A DNA stretch of 64,000 bases from Mobula hypostoma (Eukaryota). Under the pieces are notes generated by a model. The model did no database searches, had not been told where the DNA came from, and was given only the letters and a program-made list of their open reading frames with translations. Shown here one piece after another: positions 12,137-25,643 of this stretch (position 1 is its first letter; each line of letters opens with the position of its first letter). The position numbers were made by a program, and so were the translations under genes. The stretch spans positions 169,200,001 through 169,264,000 of the forward strand of contig NC_086097.1 in the NCBI RefSeq assembly GCF_963921235.1, read 5' to 3'.

Positions 12137-15100
12137 TCATCCAGGTTGTTGATATAAATGACAAACAACAAAGGGCACAGTACTGATCCGTGTGGCACAC
12201 AACTACTTACAGGCCTCCTGTCAAAGAGGCCACTATCTACAACCACTCTCAGGCTTCTTCAAAGCAATGTCAAATCCAGTTTACTATCTCACCTTGAACG
12301 CCAAGCTATTGAACCTTCTCGAACAACCAGCCATGTGGGCCTTGTCAAAAGTCTTGCAAAAGTCCATGTAGCAACATCATTGCCTTCCTCAACTTTCATG
12401 GTAACTTCCTCAAAAAACTTCATATGATTGGTTAGACATGACTTATTACACACAGAGCCATGCTGACCATCCCTAATCAGTCTCTGTCTATCCAAATACT
12501 TATATATTCAGTCCCTTAGAATACCTTCTAATAACCTTCCCACTACTGATGTCCGGTTTACTAGCCTATAATTTCTTGGCTTATTTTTAGAGCCTTTCTT
12601 AAACAATGGAACAACATTTGCTATCCTCCAATCCTCTGGCACCTCACCCATGGTTAAGGATGTTTTAAATATCTTTGCTCGAGTCCCTGCAATTTCTGCA
12701 CTTGCCTTCCACAGGATCTGAAGGAGTAGCTTTTTGGGCCCTGGGGATTTATCCACCATAACTTGCCTCAAGACAGCAAACACCTCCTCTTCTGTAATCC
12801 ATGACCATGCTTCTACATTGCTTCACATCTACAGACTGTGTCCAACTTCCGAGTAAACACAGATGCAAAAAATCCACTTAAGTTCGCCCATCTCCTTCAG
12901 CTCCATATGTAGATTACCACTCTGATCTTCCAGAGGACTAACTTTGTCCCTTGCCATCCTTTTAAACTTAACATAACTTTAGAAGCCCATGGGATTCTCC
13001 TTCATCTTGTCTTCGAGAGCAACCTCATGTTTTCTTTTAACCTACCTGATTTCCTTCTCAAGTGTTCTCTTGCATTTCTTATGCTCAGTACCTCATTTGT
13101 TCCTGCTTGTCTTTACTTGCAATGTATTTTTTTTTCTTAGTCAGGGCCTCAATATCTCTTGAAAACCTAGGTTCTCTAAACTTGTTATCCTTGCCTTTTA
13201 TTCTGATAGGAACATAGAAACTCTGTACTCTCAAAATTTCACTTTTGAAGACCTCCCACTTAACAAGTCCACATTTGCTTGGAAACAACCTTTTCTAATC
13301 CACACTTGTCAGATCCATTTCTGATACCATTAAAATTAGCCTTTCTCCAATTTAGAACCTCTACCTGAGAAACAAACCTACCCTTTTCCATAATTATCTT
13401 GAAACTAGTGGCATTATGATCACAAGATGCAAAATGTTCCCTTACACAAACTTCTGTCATCTGCTGTGTCTCATTCCTAATAGGAGATCTGGTATTGCAG
13501 TATCTCCAATTGGGACTTTTATGTACTGATTAAGGAAATTTTCTTGAACACTTTTGATAACATCTTTCCCATCCAGCCAATTTACAGTATGGGAGTCCCA
13601 GTCAATATGTGGAAAGTTAAAATCACCTACTATCACAACCTTATGTGTCTTGCAACAGTCTACAATCTCTGTACAAATTTGCTCTTCTAAATTTCATGGA
13701 CTGTTGGGTGGTCTATAACATAATCCTATAATGTGGTCACATCTTTCTTATTCCTCAGTTCAGCCTCATAAGACAAGCTCTCCAGTCTGTCCTGACTGGG
13801 CACTACCATGACATTTTCCCTAATGCCATATCCTTTATTCCCTCTTCCTCTATCACATCTAAAACAACAGAACTCCAGAATATTGAGCTGCCAGTCCTGC
13901 CCCTCCTGCAACTAAATCGAATGGTTACAATGTCATAATTCCACATGCTGATCTATGCCCTTTGCCCTTTCCTACAATACTCCTTGTATTGAAGTATATG
14001 CAGCTCAAAACATTAGTCCCACCATGCTCGATCTTTTGATGCTTGACTATGTACATGGGCTTAACAACATCTTTCCCCACAACCACTCTCCACTGTTTTG
14101 ACACTGTTTCCCGTCCCCCTGCAACTCTAGTTTAAACGCTCCCATGTAGCATGAGCAAATCTTTCCACTAGGATATTAGTGCCTTTCCAGTTTAGGTGCA
14201 AGCCATCCTTTCTGTACGGGTCCTATATTCCCTGGAAGAGAGTCCAATGATCCAGCACTCCATCTTGCCCCACTCCTTAGCCATATGTTAAACAGTATGA
14301 TCTTGTTATTTCTGACCTCATTAGCACATTGCATGAGTAGCAATTCTGAGATCGCACTCCTGGCAGTCCTGTCCTTTAACTACTCCTTGAACTGATTTTG
14401 CAGGCCCTGGTTACCCATCCTACCCATATCACTCGTGCCGACATGGACCACAATGTCCGGCTGCTCACCCTCCCACTTAAGAATACTGTGGACTTGATCC
14501 GAGATGTCCCTGATGCTGGCATCCAGGAGGCAACGAACCATCCGGAAATCTCATTCTCCTCTACAGAACCTCCTTTCTGTTTCTCTAACCAATGAATTCC
14601 CTTTCACTACAGTTCGCCTCTTCTCCCCCACTTCTCTTCTAAGCCACAAAGCCAGACTCATTGCCAGAGACCTGACCACTGTGGCTTTCCTGTGCTAGGT
14701 CATGCTCCTGCAGTATATCTGTTGTTGAGGGCTAAGGCAACAGGGGTACTCTGCACAGCTGCCTATCCTCTTTCCCCCTCTTGACAGTCACCCAGTTAAA
14801 TGTGTCCTGCATCTCAGTTCAACTACTTCCCTGTATGCCCTGTCTATCAACCGCTCAGCTTCCTGAATAATCCAGAGTTCATCCAGTTCCAACTCCAACT
14901 CCTTAACATGGTCTGTTAGAAGTTGCAGCTGGATGCACTTCTTGCAGGTGTAGCTGTCAATGACACACAGGAGGTCTCCCTGCCCTCCCTCATGCCGCAA
15001 GACGAGCATTGCAATATCCTGTCTATCATCCCCACTGGTCTAAAAGTGCAATAAGAAAGAAATAAAGAATAAATAATTTTTAAAAACTCTACCCAAGCCC

Positions 15101-15180
15101 TACTCCTTTCCTCGCTGAAGCCTCAATGAGCCAAATTCTCAACTCTCCACTCCAATACAGGTCCATTCACAAATGACCAC
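12137..15180 (-). mobile_element. Decayed CR1 LINE (ORF1, endonuclease, part of RT)
   Basis: ORF1 zinc-finger/leucine-zipper remnant [57 protein letters not shown]. Confidence 0.88.
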
Positions 15181-15544
15181 TCAGCAAAAACCAATAAAAA
15201 GTTAGTTCTAAGTGAAGTTCCTAATTATACCCAATCCAATGTCTCCTCAGGGCTGTTGTGTACAAACTGTGCTGACTGCCCCCAACTCGCATTTGAATTC
15301 TCTTCCCCACTATACAATCTGGTGTCTCCTTGGGACTGTGGCATGCACCATATCCTGAGGTACAGTGGAAAAACTTGTCTTGCTCACTGTCCTTACAGAT
15401 CAATTCATTACAGCAAAGCATTGTGGTAGTACATGGTAAAAGAATAGCAGAATACAGAATAAAGTATTACAATACAGAGAAAGGTAGTGCAGGTAGACAG
15501 CAAGGTGCAAAACCATAACAAGTTGGATTGTAAGGTCAAGAGTC

Positions 15545-16080
15545 AGGAGAGAAATCAGGTCAAGCCTGCCCCCTTCCCCATTTAATACGATTACGGCTGA
15601 TTATGTTGGCCTCAACTTTTCTGCTGTGACATATCTCCATATTCCTCATTCTATCAAATATTTACCCACCTCCACTTAAAATACTAATGACCTAGCTTCC
15701 ACCACTAACTGATGCAAGGAATTCCAGAGATTCACCACCCTCTGATGCATTTATACTCCCCGTTCCAGACTCTACCACTAATGCAAACATCCAACATTTA
15801 CTCTGTTAAACCCTCTTTGGATCTTACATGTTTGAAAAGGGATCTTCTAAACTGTAGGACAACCCTCTCATCCCAGAAGTTAGACTGCAGAATCTCCTTT
15901 GTATTGTCTCTAATGTTACTCTACATCTTTCTTTTAAGGGTGTGGCCTCATCCTGTACAATATCAACGAAACTTTTGTTTAAAGGCTTCAACCTCCAATT
16001 TGCAATCAGAGTGAAAATGCCATTTAACTACTTATTGGACATGCCTTCAAGCTTTTTGCAATTCATGCACTAGAAGGCTT
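15545..16080 (-). mobile_element. Highly degraded CR1 3' fragment
   Basis: Residual similarity to CR1 3' ends (GGAATTCCAGAGATTCACCACCCTCTG). Confidence 0.55.
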
Positions 16081-17596
16081 CACACACAGACTGAACAAAT
16101 TAATCACATCCAGCTTTAACCACACAATCCTATGCACATTAACAATTGCTTACATTTATAGAAAATAGCACCTATACACAAGCAAGACTCAAGTTTTGTG
16201 GCAGAGTTGAGGACTTGATATTTACAACACCCTTTCCTTAAAAGTTTGAATAAAGACTACTAGTGCACTGAAGGTAATGGTGACTTTCAACCTCACTGTC
16301 TGCCTTTGCTGAGAGGTATGAAAAGTGGTTCCTGCTTATCAGGGTCTTGTCACAAGCCTTTACTGTCAGAAGGCACTGAGCAGTATATCAGGAACCAGTT
16401 CGAAGAGGACAATAATCTTGCAGTTGCTGGGTATAAGACCCATCCTCTCATGCTACTGAATACTTCAACGATTGAGCCAAGCTCCTGAATGTGCAAGCAT
16501 TTAAGATTCTAGCACTTAATGGCTAATTGAATCCGCAAATTTTTAAAAAGTGGGAGGAAACAGTTGCAGACAGAACATGCGAACTCCACAGACAGCACCT
16601 AAGATCGGGATTGAAGATGGGTCACCAGAGCTGAAGCAGCAGCTCTGGTAACTGTATTACTGTGATACCCCATGCTCTGAGCTTATCCCATTTATCACCA
16701 TTGTACAATACACAGCACAATGGAGGGTGTTCTCACTATGAAAACAAGAAGACCCTGCTGTGGCCACTCTACCAATGTCATTTGTCTCAGTTACACTGGC
16801 AAGGCAGGAGTCAGGTAGGTTGATCCTTCAGAGTGACTTGCACACTAAATGCTGCCGATCAAGCCTCGAAGCTTTATCTTTTAGAATTCATTCACCTTGG
16901 CCAGCCATAGTTAAGACTATGCCAATCTTGGCCACAGACAATGAAGTCTGCATCGAAGGTATATTCTGAACCTATGTTGCTTTCAGTGCTTTTTCTAATT
17001 GTCAATTCACAAGGAGTAGCATGGATTCATTAGCAGGGGGAGGATAGCAGGTGATAATCAAACAGAAATATCCGGCCTGGTGCTAGGAGACACCTGGAAT
17101 CAAAACAGAGGATTTTAAGAACTATTCCCTCCCACCTGTGTACTACCAGGCTACTTCCTTTCATGTGTGTGTCCTGCCAGTAGTCCAGGATATGCCCAGG
17201 AATTGTGAGAGAAGACTCTGGCATATTGATCACAAGGTGCAATTCTCTGAGTATGACTAGATAGACACACAAGAATGAATACTGCAACAAGAAATAAATC
17301 TGCAGGAAGAATTCAGCAATCGAGCAGCATCTGTGGTGGGAAAGGAATTGTCAACATTTCAGGTTGAAACTTTAGTACTGATGCAAGGTTTGAAAATTCC
17401 TTTACTCCCACAGATGCTCTTTTTCTGAATATATTCTTCAGGCAAACTAATTGTCGCTCTTGTCTTGACTCGACAGTGGACAGCTTTTTAGTTCAAATAC
17501 CGGTCCCCAGATGATTGCAAGTTTGATTGCACGGAGAGCAAAGCTCCAATGCTCAAATATGGGACTTAGAACTTTAGTGCCTTTATTTTTAATAGA

Positions 17597-20240
17597 ACAT
17601 AGAAGAGTACACACAGGAACAGATCCACCGGTCCACAATGTTGTGGTGAACTAATTAAATTAGTAATCAAATGCCCAAATAAACAAATCCCTTCTGACTA
17701 CATGATGTCCAGATCCTCCTATTTCCTGCACATTCATGTGTCTATTTAAGGGCCGCTCAAACACCCTTACAGTATCACCACCATCCCGGGCAACAAGTTT
17801 CAGCCACCCACCAATGAGTTAAAAAAAACTTGCTCCACCCACCTCCTTTGAACTTAGTACCTCCTCTCACCTTAAATGCATGACCTCGGTGTAAGACATT
17901 TCCACTCTAGGAAAAAATATCAACGGTCTAGTCTATCTCTGCTTTCATAATCTTATAAACTTCTATCAAATAAATTGAATTTTATAAAGTTACAACATAA
18001 CTTCCTGTCTCTTGAATGCAATTGCTCAACAAATAAAAGAAAGCATGTCATATTATATGGGATCTCACCTGTGGCTTGACAGGACACAAAGATATTCGTT
18101 GAAACCTCAACAATCTGATCTCTTGCCTCTCAATAACCTGGGGTATATTGCACCAGGCCCTATGGACTTAACTACCTTAATTTTCTTTGAGACCCATCAC
18201 TACCTCCTTCATCTCACAATGCCCTAGAAAATTAGCTTGCTCTGCACTCAAAACTCTATCCCCCATATCTTTCTCCTTGGTAAATACTGATGCAAAGTAC
18301 TCGTTTAAGCTTCACCCATACCCTCTGTCTCCAAGCACATTTACTCATGTATCCTTGAGTGATCTGACCTACTCCGTTTATCCTCTTTGGTCTTAGTGTA
18401 TGTGCGGAATGCCTTGTGATTCCCTTTAGTCCTACTTCCCAAGGAGTTTTCATAATCCCTCTTGGCTTTCCTAAACTACTTTTTAATTTATTTTCAGACT
18501 TCTTTATAATCCTCAAGGGCAGTTCAATCTTAGCTCCCGAATCTTTAAACACACTTAATTTCCTTGACTAATTTTGCCACCTCTCTCAACATGAAGGGGT
18601 CCCTGATCTCGCCACATTTGTCCTTTCTTACTGGCACAGAGCTGCCCTGTACTCTGAGCAATCAGTCCTTAAACACCCTCCACATGCAGGATGTGGACCG
18701 CAAAAAACAGCTGTTTCCAATTAACTCTCCTCAATTCCTGCCTCACACGCTTGTAATTGGCACTGTTCCAATTTAACACTCTTCCCTCAAGGTCCATATG
18801 TATCAATTGCTATTTAAAACGGTTCCCTGTTTCCTAACTATCTTTCTACTGAAAGGAAAGTCACCTGGTCTGGCTCATTACCCAACACCAGGTCCAGTAT
18901 GACCCCTCCTCTTGGTGGGGTATCTACATAATAATTTTAAAAATCCTCCTGGATGCACCTAACGAATTCAGCTCCATCTGAAGCTCTTGCCCCAGTCGAT
19001 GTTGGGGAAATTGAAGACACCCATTGTGACATTTTACACATTTCCCTCACCTGTTTGCATATCTGTTTCTCAATATCCTAGTGGCTATTGGGAGGCCTAT
19101 AGTATAATTCCATTAGAGTGATCATACTCAGCTTCTCCCCAGTGGATGAGCCCTCCATTATGTTCCCTCTGCTTGCAGCTGTGAAACGTCTCTGATTAAT
19201 TGTGCAAATCCATCCCCCCCATAACTCTTTTACTACTACCTCTATTGTTTCTAAAACACCGAAGTCCTAGAACATTAAACACCCCGTCCTGTCCCTCTCT
19301 CAACCAAGTCTCTGTTATGGCCACAACATCATATTCCAACTACTGATTCACAATGAGTTCATCATCCTTACCCATAATGGCAGCACAGTAGCATAGCAGT
19401 TAGCCAACACTTTACAGCACAGCGACCTAGGTTAATTTCCCATTGTTGCTTGTAAACAATTTGTACAGGGTTTCTTCTGAGTTCTCTGGTCTCCTCCCAC
19501 ATCACAAAGATGTACAGTTTAGCGGATTAATTGATCACTGAGGTATAATTGTGTGGCACCGGATTGTTCGGCTGGAAGGACTTGTTACTGTGCCAGATCT
19601 CTAAATTAATACAATACTTCTAGGCATTAAAATACACGCATTTCAACCCCTCCTTCGCACTGGGTCAATTAGTTTGCACCTGTCTGTACTTATTGGTCAT
19701 GACATCTACCTTCCTCTTAATCCCTCCACTTCTGGCCTAGTATTCTGGTTCCCATCCCCTTACCAAACTAGTTTAAACCCTCCCATGTAGCACTGGCAAA
19801 CCTCCTGGCCAGGATACGAGTTACCCTTCAGTCAAGATGGAACCCAACCTTCTGTACAAGTCACCTCTGCTCCAGAAGAGGTTCCAGTGATTCAAGAACC
19901 TGAAAGCCCGGCCCCTGTACCTCAGCCACACTTTCATCTGCTCCTGCCCTGACTACCACGTTGCACTGGCAGTAATCCAAAGACTACTGCCTTCAATGTC
20001 CTGCTCTTCCGCCTCTTTCCTAACTCCCTATACTCACCGCACAGGACCTCGTTCCCTACTTACCCATGTCACTGGTGCCAATATGCACCTCCCGCACCTC
20101 ACCATCCACCTTCAGGATATTTTGTGGCTGCTCTGACCATTCTCAACCCTAGCACCCGGAATACAAAACACCTTCCTGCTGTCTCTTTTACAGCCATTGA
20201 AACTCCTGTTTGTCCCCAATTATAGAGTCTAATAGTATTT
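17597..20240 (-). mobile_element. Old, internally deleted CR1 LINE
   Basis: CR1 3' tail at 17597, CCAGGCCCT (DKSPGP region), endonuclease and ORF1 remnants colinear with the younger copy at 43386-46469. Confidence 0.7.
19379..19605 (+). mobile_element. tRNA-derived SINE nested in CR1
   Basis: A-box-like TAGCATAGCAG, B-box-like GGTTAATTTCC, core GGGTTTC...CTCCTCCCACAT. Confidence 0.65.
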
Positions 20241-20951
20241 TGCTTCCTTCCCATCCACAGCCCCCCACACAAATACTTCCTATATCCCAGACATTCAAAA
20301 AGGTTGAGAAATATTGACAGTGTCACGACTGGCAAAATTACCAGCATTATTAGCCACATCCCAGCAGCATGAAGTGCAGAAGTCATGAGATTTGGTCATA
20401 ATCCACTTCTTCAAACACCGTTAATGCATCACATATTACCAAGTGCAATGATTATGTTGAACAGAAATCACTTCTGTATGCACCAAGCCCATACTTCGCT
20501 GCTGATCAAAAATCAACACCACAAGAAAGCACTGAAGACAACAGTAATCTGACATTAAAAGTAATGGATCACTGCTCACTAAACCTGAAAAGATATAATA
20601 GATAATGCTTTGCTTTTAATGACGAGATAATTCAATTCAAATAGTAAATCTCTTTCAAGTACACATTCTGCTCATGTTCAAATGTGAAATGAAAGGGAAA
20701 GCTGAGGACTGAGATTCATAGATTTCTAATTTGAGGAAAGAAAAAGAATTTATTCAATGTTCTGTCATCAAGGTCTCAAATCACTTTGTAAATTTGAAGA
20801 TGTTACATGCATGTGCAAAGGTTTTTTAATGCAAGACACTGTAATTCTAATTTTTAAAACAATGCAATTAATTTTTGATAACTTTTGAAGGCTTGAGAAT
20901 ATAGAAATCTGTATAATACATTGAAACAATATATTGGAAATAAACTCTCAC

Positions 20952-21078
20952 CTTATGCACAACAGAGGAACTATTACGCAAGTTCACCTTTAACATGCTG
21001 GTTTCTCCCACTGGGGTGGCAGGGAATAAGTAAAAATCTTCAGCAGCAAACACACAATTGTAGGATGCCTTTTCTTGA
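20952..21078 (-). CDS. CEP192: CEP192-like exon (127 nt), start of last ASH domain
   Basis: ttttcag|T...AAG|gtgaga; QEKASYNCVFAAEDFYLFPATPVGETSMLKVNLRNSSSVVHK, similar to VYAPEDVYRFRPTSVGESRTLKVNLRN. Confidence 0.92.
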
Positions 21079-21469
21079 CTGAAAACATTTAAATTATTCA
21101 AACAAATTATTCCTCCAATTTGGTTAAAGTTTAAATATTTTATGAATCGCAGAAGTTAGGAAGTTTTGTCTATACAATATAGAATTCTTTATTCTGAATT
21201 TGTCAGATGTTATCTGAAACAGCAATTAGAATTCTGACCTAATTAAAGGAGTGTAGTGAATTTATTATGAAATACTTCTAATCTGCAGTGTAAAATGTCC
21301 TTATTAGTTAAAAATAATCAATATTTCCTCCTCCATGTTACACATCATAAACTGACAAAGGATAACCAGGCAGGTGATGACATTCCAGATTTTTCTAGGT
21401 TTTACTTTTCCTCTGTCCTCCAGGAGTATTTCATGTTTACACCATCCTCAAAACAGACCACTCCTCTTA

Positions 21470-21488
21470 ACACACACACACACACACA
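21470..21488. repeat. (CA)n microsatellite
   Basis: Directly visible AC dinucleotide run. Confidence 0.9.
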
Positions 21489-24409
21489 GATTATTCTCTC
21501 TGAAACTGCCATTATTCCTTCATGAAACTGATGAAACCTTGAATTAAATAAACTATTTTTATGCCATGAAGATCATACCACCTTTTATCTACCCTGCACA
21601 TAAAAATCTAGTACTAAAACCCAACATTTGAAATTAATTGAATGTGGTCAATTTGGAATAGATACTCTGCTTCCGAACTATGAAACTGTCATTCTGCATC
21701 ATTGCTTTTTTAATAACACTTGCAATCACAGCAGTCAGAAAGTTTTTTTCATTCATGGAATAGTGGCTGAGAATTTAAGCTCAAGTGCCAAAATCCATTA
21801 ATGTTAATGATATTTCTCTCCTCCGATGGCTGGTGGGGGAGAGGGGCAGCCATTGCCTTGTTGCTGCTTGTGCGTGGGAGCTGGGAGCTGGGGGCTTTGG
21901 GATTCTAATGTTTAACTGTCATTCATTCTTTGGGGCACACCTCTGTTTTCATGGATGTTTGCAAAGAAAAAAAATTTCACAATGTATATTGTATACATTT
22001 TTCTGACATTAAATGTACCCATTGAAACCTATTGATGCTGCCCAACCTGCTGAACACTTCCTACATTGGCTGTTTCAATATGGAACTACGGAACACAGAA
22101 AACAGAGTGTTGCCATCAATCTAATTAATTAAAACAGTGCAGAATTCTGCATACTAATTTTAAATAAAACTATTCAAAAACTCTGATCAAGAAGGGACTT
22201 AAAACATATTATCCATGATAAGATATTGGAGGCAGCAACACTCTCCTTAGTCTAACAACTTAAATGTCTTGGGAAAACAGCATCTTGGTTTCTGGGTTAA
22301 GAACAGTTGCCCTTAAATTTTAGTCACATTCTCATGAACAAAGACTCACCCATTCTGCAGGCTTTACAATGATTGCTAATGTTATTAAGAAAAAATGGTG
22401 ACACTTTGGGTAGAGAGTCAAGGGAATTTAAAATGTGGGTCTCTATACTAAATCTATGCAGTCTGTAGAGTTAAAGCAATTCTGTATACCTCAAAACTAT
22501 CAATTACCTGTACCCAAACCTTCGCTGACCTTAGCCAATAATAGATTTGGTTTGGGTCAATGTAGTGGCTGCTATATTGTTATGACTCAACAGTACTTCA
22601 AATAAATTTTCTTGTATTTTTTCCACCTGACTTTCCAAGTCAAAGCTTATTCAATGACCAGCAGTAAAAGAATCAGGAAACCTCCACTTCTGAGTTAATG
22701 CTCAGGAACCATCAGAGCTTCATGGTCTGAAGAAAGGCCATAGCCAAGGGGAAGTGAATGTAACTCATTGATTATGGAATAAAATAAGATCAGAATTGGA
22801 CATAAGATCCATTTGAAAGAAGACTATTTGCATACACAATCACACACTTATGCAGTAACTTAGACAATGCCCAAGGAATCTAAATTCACTTTGAAATCCA
22901 ACATGCAAGCCACTGCAAAATAAAAATTGGGTGCTGAAAATTAATAATAAAAGCATTGTGAAAAAATTTAGGATACCCTGTAACATCTGTGGAATAAAAG
23001 GGGTTTCAGAATAACTCAGTTCAAATATTTGATCAATAATGTAAAACATTAAACTTTAATTGCTTTGCATATTTAAGTTCATGAGATGTAAGCATCTGAA
23101 CAATTTATTACTCAACCATAACTGCCCTTGAACTTATCGGCATGCTGATTCATTTCAGAGAGCAGTTGACAGCCAATTACAGAACTGAAGGCCTGGATTC
23201 ACACATGGATCAGACCAAGAAAAGGAAAAGAAGGATTCTTTTCTCAAAGGACATTAGGGATTGTTCCTCGTCTACATAGCATTTACAGGAACTTCTGGCT
23301 TGATATGAGCAGAAGATAAAATAAATTGACTGCAAAGCAAAAACATAGAAGGTTCAGTGCGACTATTTTCATTTCCGCGATTTAATAGCTTACTCTAAAT
23401 GTTTCCTACTAACCAAGTTACCAGTCCCATGGATGAATCCATTCGCTTAGAGCACATTTTGGGTATTGTTCCCTGAAGAAAAATGGCATTGTTATACACT
23501 TATTTTCAATGAAACAAAAAGCATCTTGAATTATAATCCAACTTTTTCCACTCTATATTTAAATAATTTCCTCTTTGCTTTTGGTTTAAGCCAACAGAAT
23601 AGGAATTCTGGCACCTCTGAGTATCCCAGGGCAATGCTGGTGTGACAAATAATCTGCTGATTGTTTGAAGATATTCAATAATCACATGTATTTTCTCCCC
23701 CCTTAGACAAATGTAATTGATTGAGAAAGGGGAGATTGCCCAGAGGAAAATCTGAAGTCCACCTTTTATTAGCAGATAAGCACACACACATTTCCATTAA
23801 GATATAAATATCACAATTCAGTTACTCCTTTCAGGCTGATCATTGACACAACTAATGAAAGTCTCAGTCGTGCAATAATAAAATGATTGGGTCTAAGTGT
23901 TTATTACATGAATAATACTCATAAATCAGTAGCCAAAAAATACTGATTACCATATATTGCCTTAAACCAGCATTTCACCAATATGCTTCTTAACAGTAAC
24001 AGCTAACAGTAAACGAAACAATCCAGAATACGCAAATTGATTGAGATCTCACGTTTGAGAATGCTTTCCTCACCTGCCAAGCATTTTCAACAAATTATAT
24101 GATAGGCTGAAACACTGAAGTTTTGCCATAGCACTTAACTCTAGCCAAAGCATTATAGATTTATAAAGTTCTATGCTTAATGCTGATTGCCCATAAAACC
24201 TCAAATTGATTTGTTTTCTGAGATTTAAGATATACATGCATTGCTAAAATTCTCTCCAGTGCAATTTCTAATATAAAATTAATACTTCCCTTTTACTTTT
24301 CTTTTCTCAAGACAATAACTGGGTGTCGATAGCACAGAGAATCTATCCTGGGCTCAGCACATAAATGCTACTGTGTTGAAGCTATTGCAATGTCTCTAGA
24401 TTCTTAGAA

Positions 24410-25250
24410 ACTGAAGCAGATTCTACAGAAGGACTCAAGACAGATTAGAAGAAAGGGCAAGAAATTGGTAAATGAAATACAAAGTTGGAAAATGCATGGC
24501 CATGCACTTTGATAGAAGTAATAAATGTGCAGACCATTTTCTAAACAGGGAGAAAATTCAAAAATCTGAGATGCAAAGGGACTTGGGAGTCCTTGTGCAG
24601 AACACTTTAATTTGTAGGTTGAGTCGGTGATGAGGAAGGCAAATGCAATATTAGCATTTATTTCAAGAGGTCTAGAAATCAAGAGCAGGGATGGGATGTG
24701 GGGCTTTATAAGGCACTAGTGGGGCCTCACCTTAAGTGCTGTGAACAGTTTTGGACTCCTCATCCAAGAAAAAAAAAATGTGCTGGCATTGGAAAAGGCT
24801 CAGAAGAGGTTCACAAGGATGATTCTAGGAATGAAAGAGTTATCATGCAAAGAACATTTGATGGCTCTGGATCTGCATTCACTGGAATTTAGAAGGATGA
24901 GGGGTGATCTCATTGAAGCCTTTCAAATGTTGAAAGGCCTAGACAGAGAAGATGTGGAAAGGATGTTTCCCATGGCGCCTATTTAAAACAGAGATGCAGA
25001 GAACTTTCTTTAGCCGGAGGGTGGTGAATTTGTGGAATTTGTTACCAGCAGCAGCTGTGGGTGGCCAGGTCTCTGGGTGTATTTAATGCAGTACTTAATA
25101 GGTTCTTGATTGGACACGGTTTCAAAGGTTAAGGGGAGAAGGCTGGGGAGTGGAGCCGAGGAGGGGAAAAAAGAATCAGCCTTGATTGAATGGCAGAGCA
25201 GACTTGATGGGCCAAATGACCTAATTCTGCTCCCATGACTTATGGTCCAA
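24410..25250 (+). mobile_element. CR1 LINE 3' fragment
   Basis: LYKALVGPHL and RRMRGDLIE motifs plus CR1 3' UTR. Confidence 0.85.
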
Positions 25251-25254
25251 TTGA

Positions 25255-25570
25255 TGACTGACAAACTTCTACAGATGTTCCATGGAAAGCATCATGTTGC
25301 ACCATGATCTAGTATAGAAATCCAATGCACAGGAATACAGAAGATTGTAGACTCAGCTAGTTCCATCACACATACAGTTCTCTCCACCAAAGGAGATCTA
25401 CAAGAGCCAATATACTTTAAGGCTGCAGCATCCATCATTAATGATCTACACAATCCAGGCCACGCCTTCTTCTCAATGCTGCCATCAAGCAGTCGGTACA
25501 GGAGCCTAAAGATCCACATCTCAAGGTTCAACAGGAGCTTCTTCCCCTCTGCCATCAGGTTTTTGAATAA
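25255..25570 (+). mobile_element. Rex1/Babar-like LINE 3' remnant
   Basis: AAACTTCTACAGATG...AGCTTCTTCCCCTCTGCCATCAG, homologous to the C-terminal region of the Rex1 copy at 61366-62749. Confidence 0.65.
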
Positions 25571-25643
25571 ACTTGATAAACCTTAGAATATTTTTTCTCT
25601 CTCAACTTGCACTGTTATTACTTTTATTTTGTCCTGCAAATTA

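Noticed and set aside
19379..19450. tRNA-like A and B boxes (also near 28810-28865)
   Set aside because: No cloverleaf; they continue into SINE core sequence, so they are SINE heads, not tRNA genes.
22508..22626. Strong donor CAG|gtaatt suggesting the missing linker exon
   Set aside because: The frame needed for a phase-2 end contains a stop codon shortly upstream.
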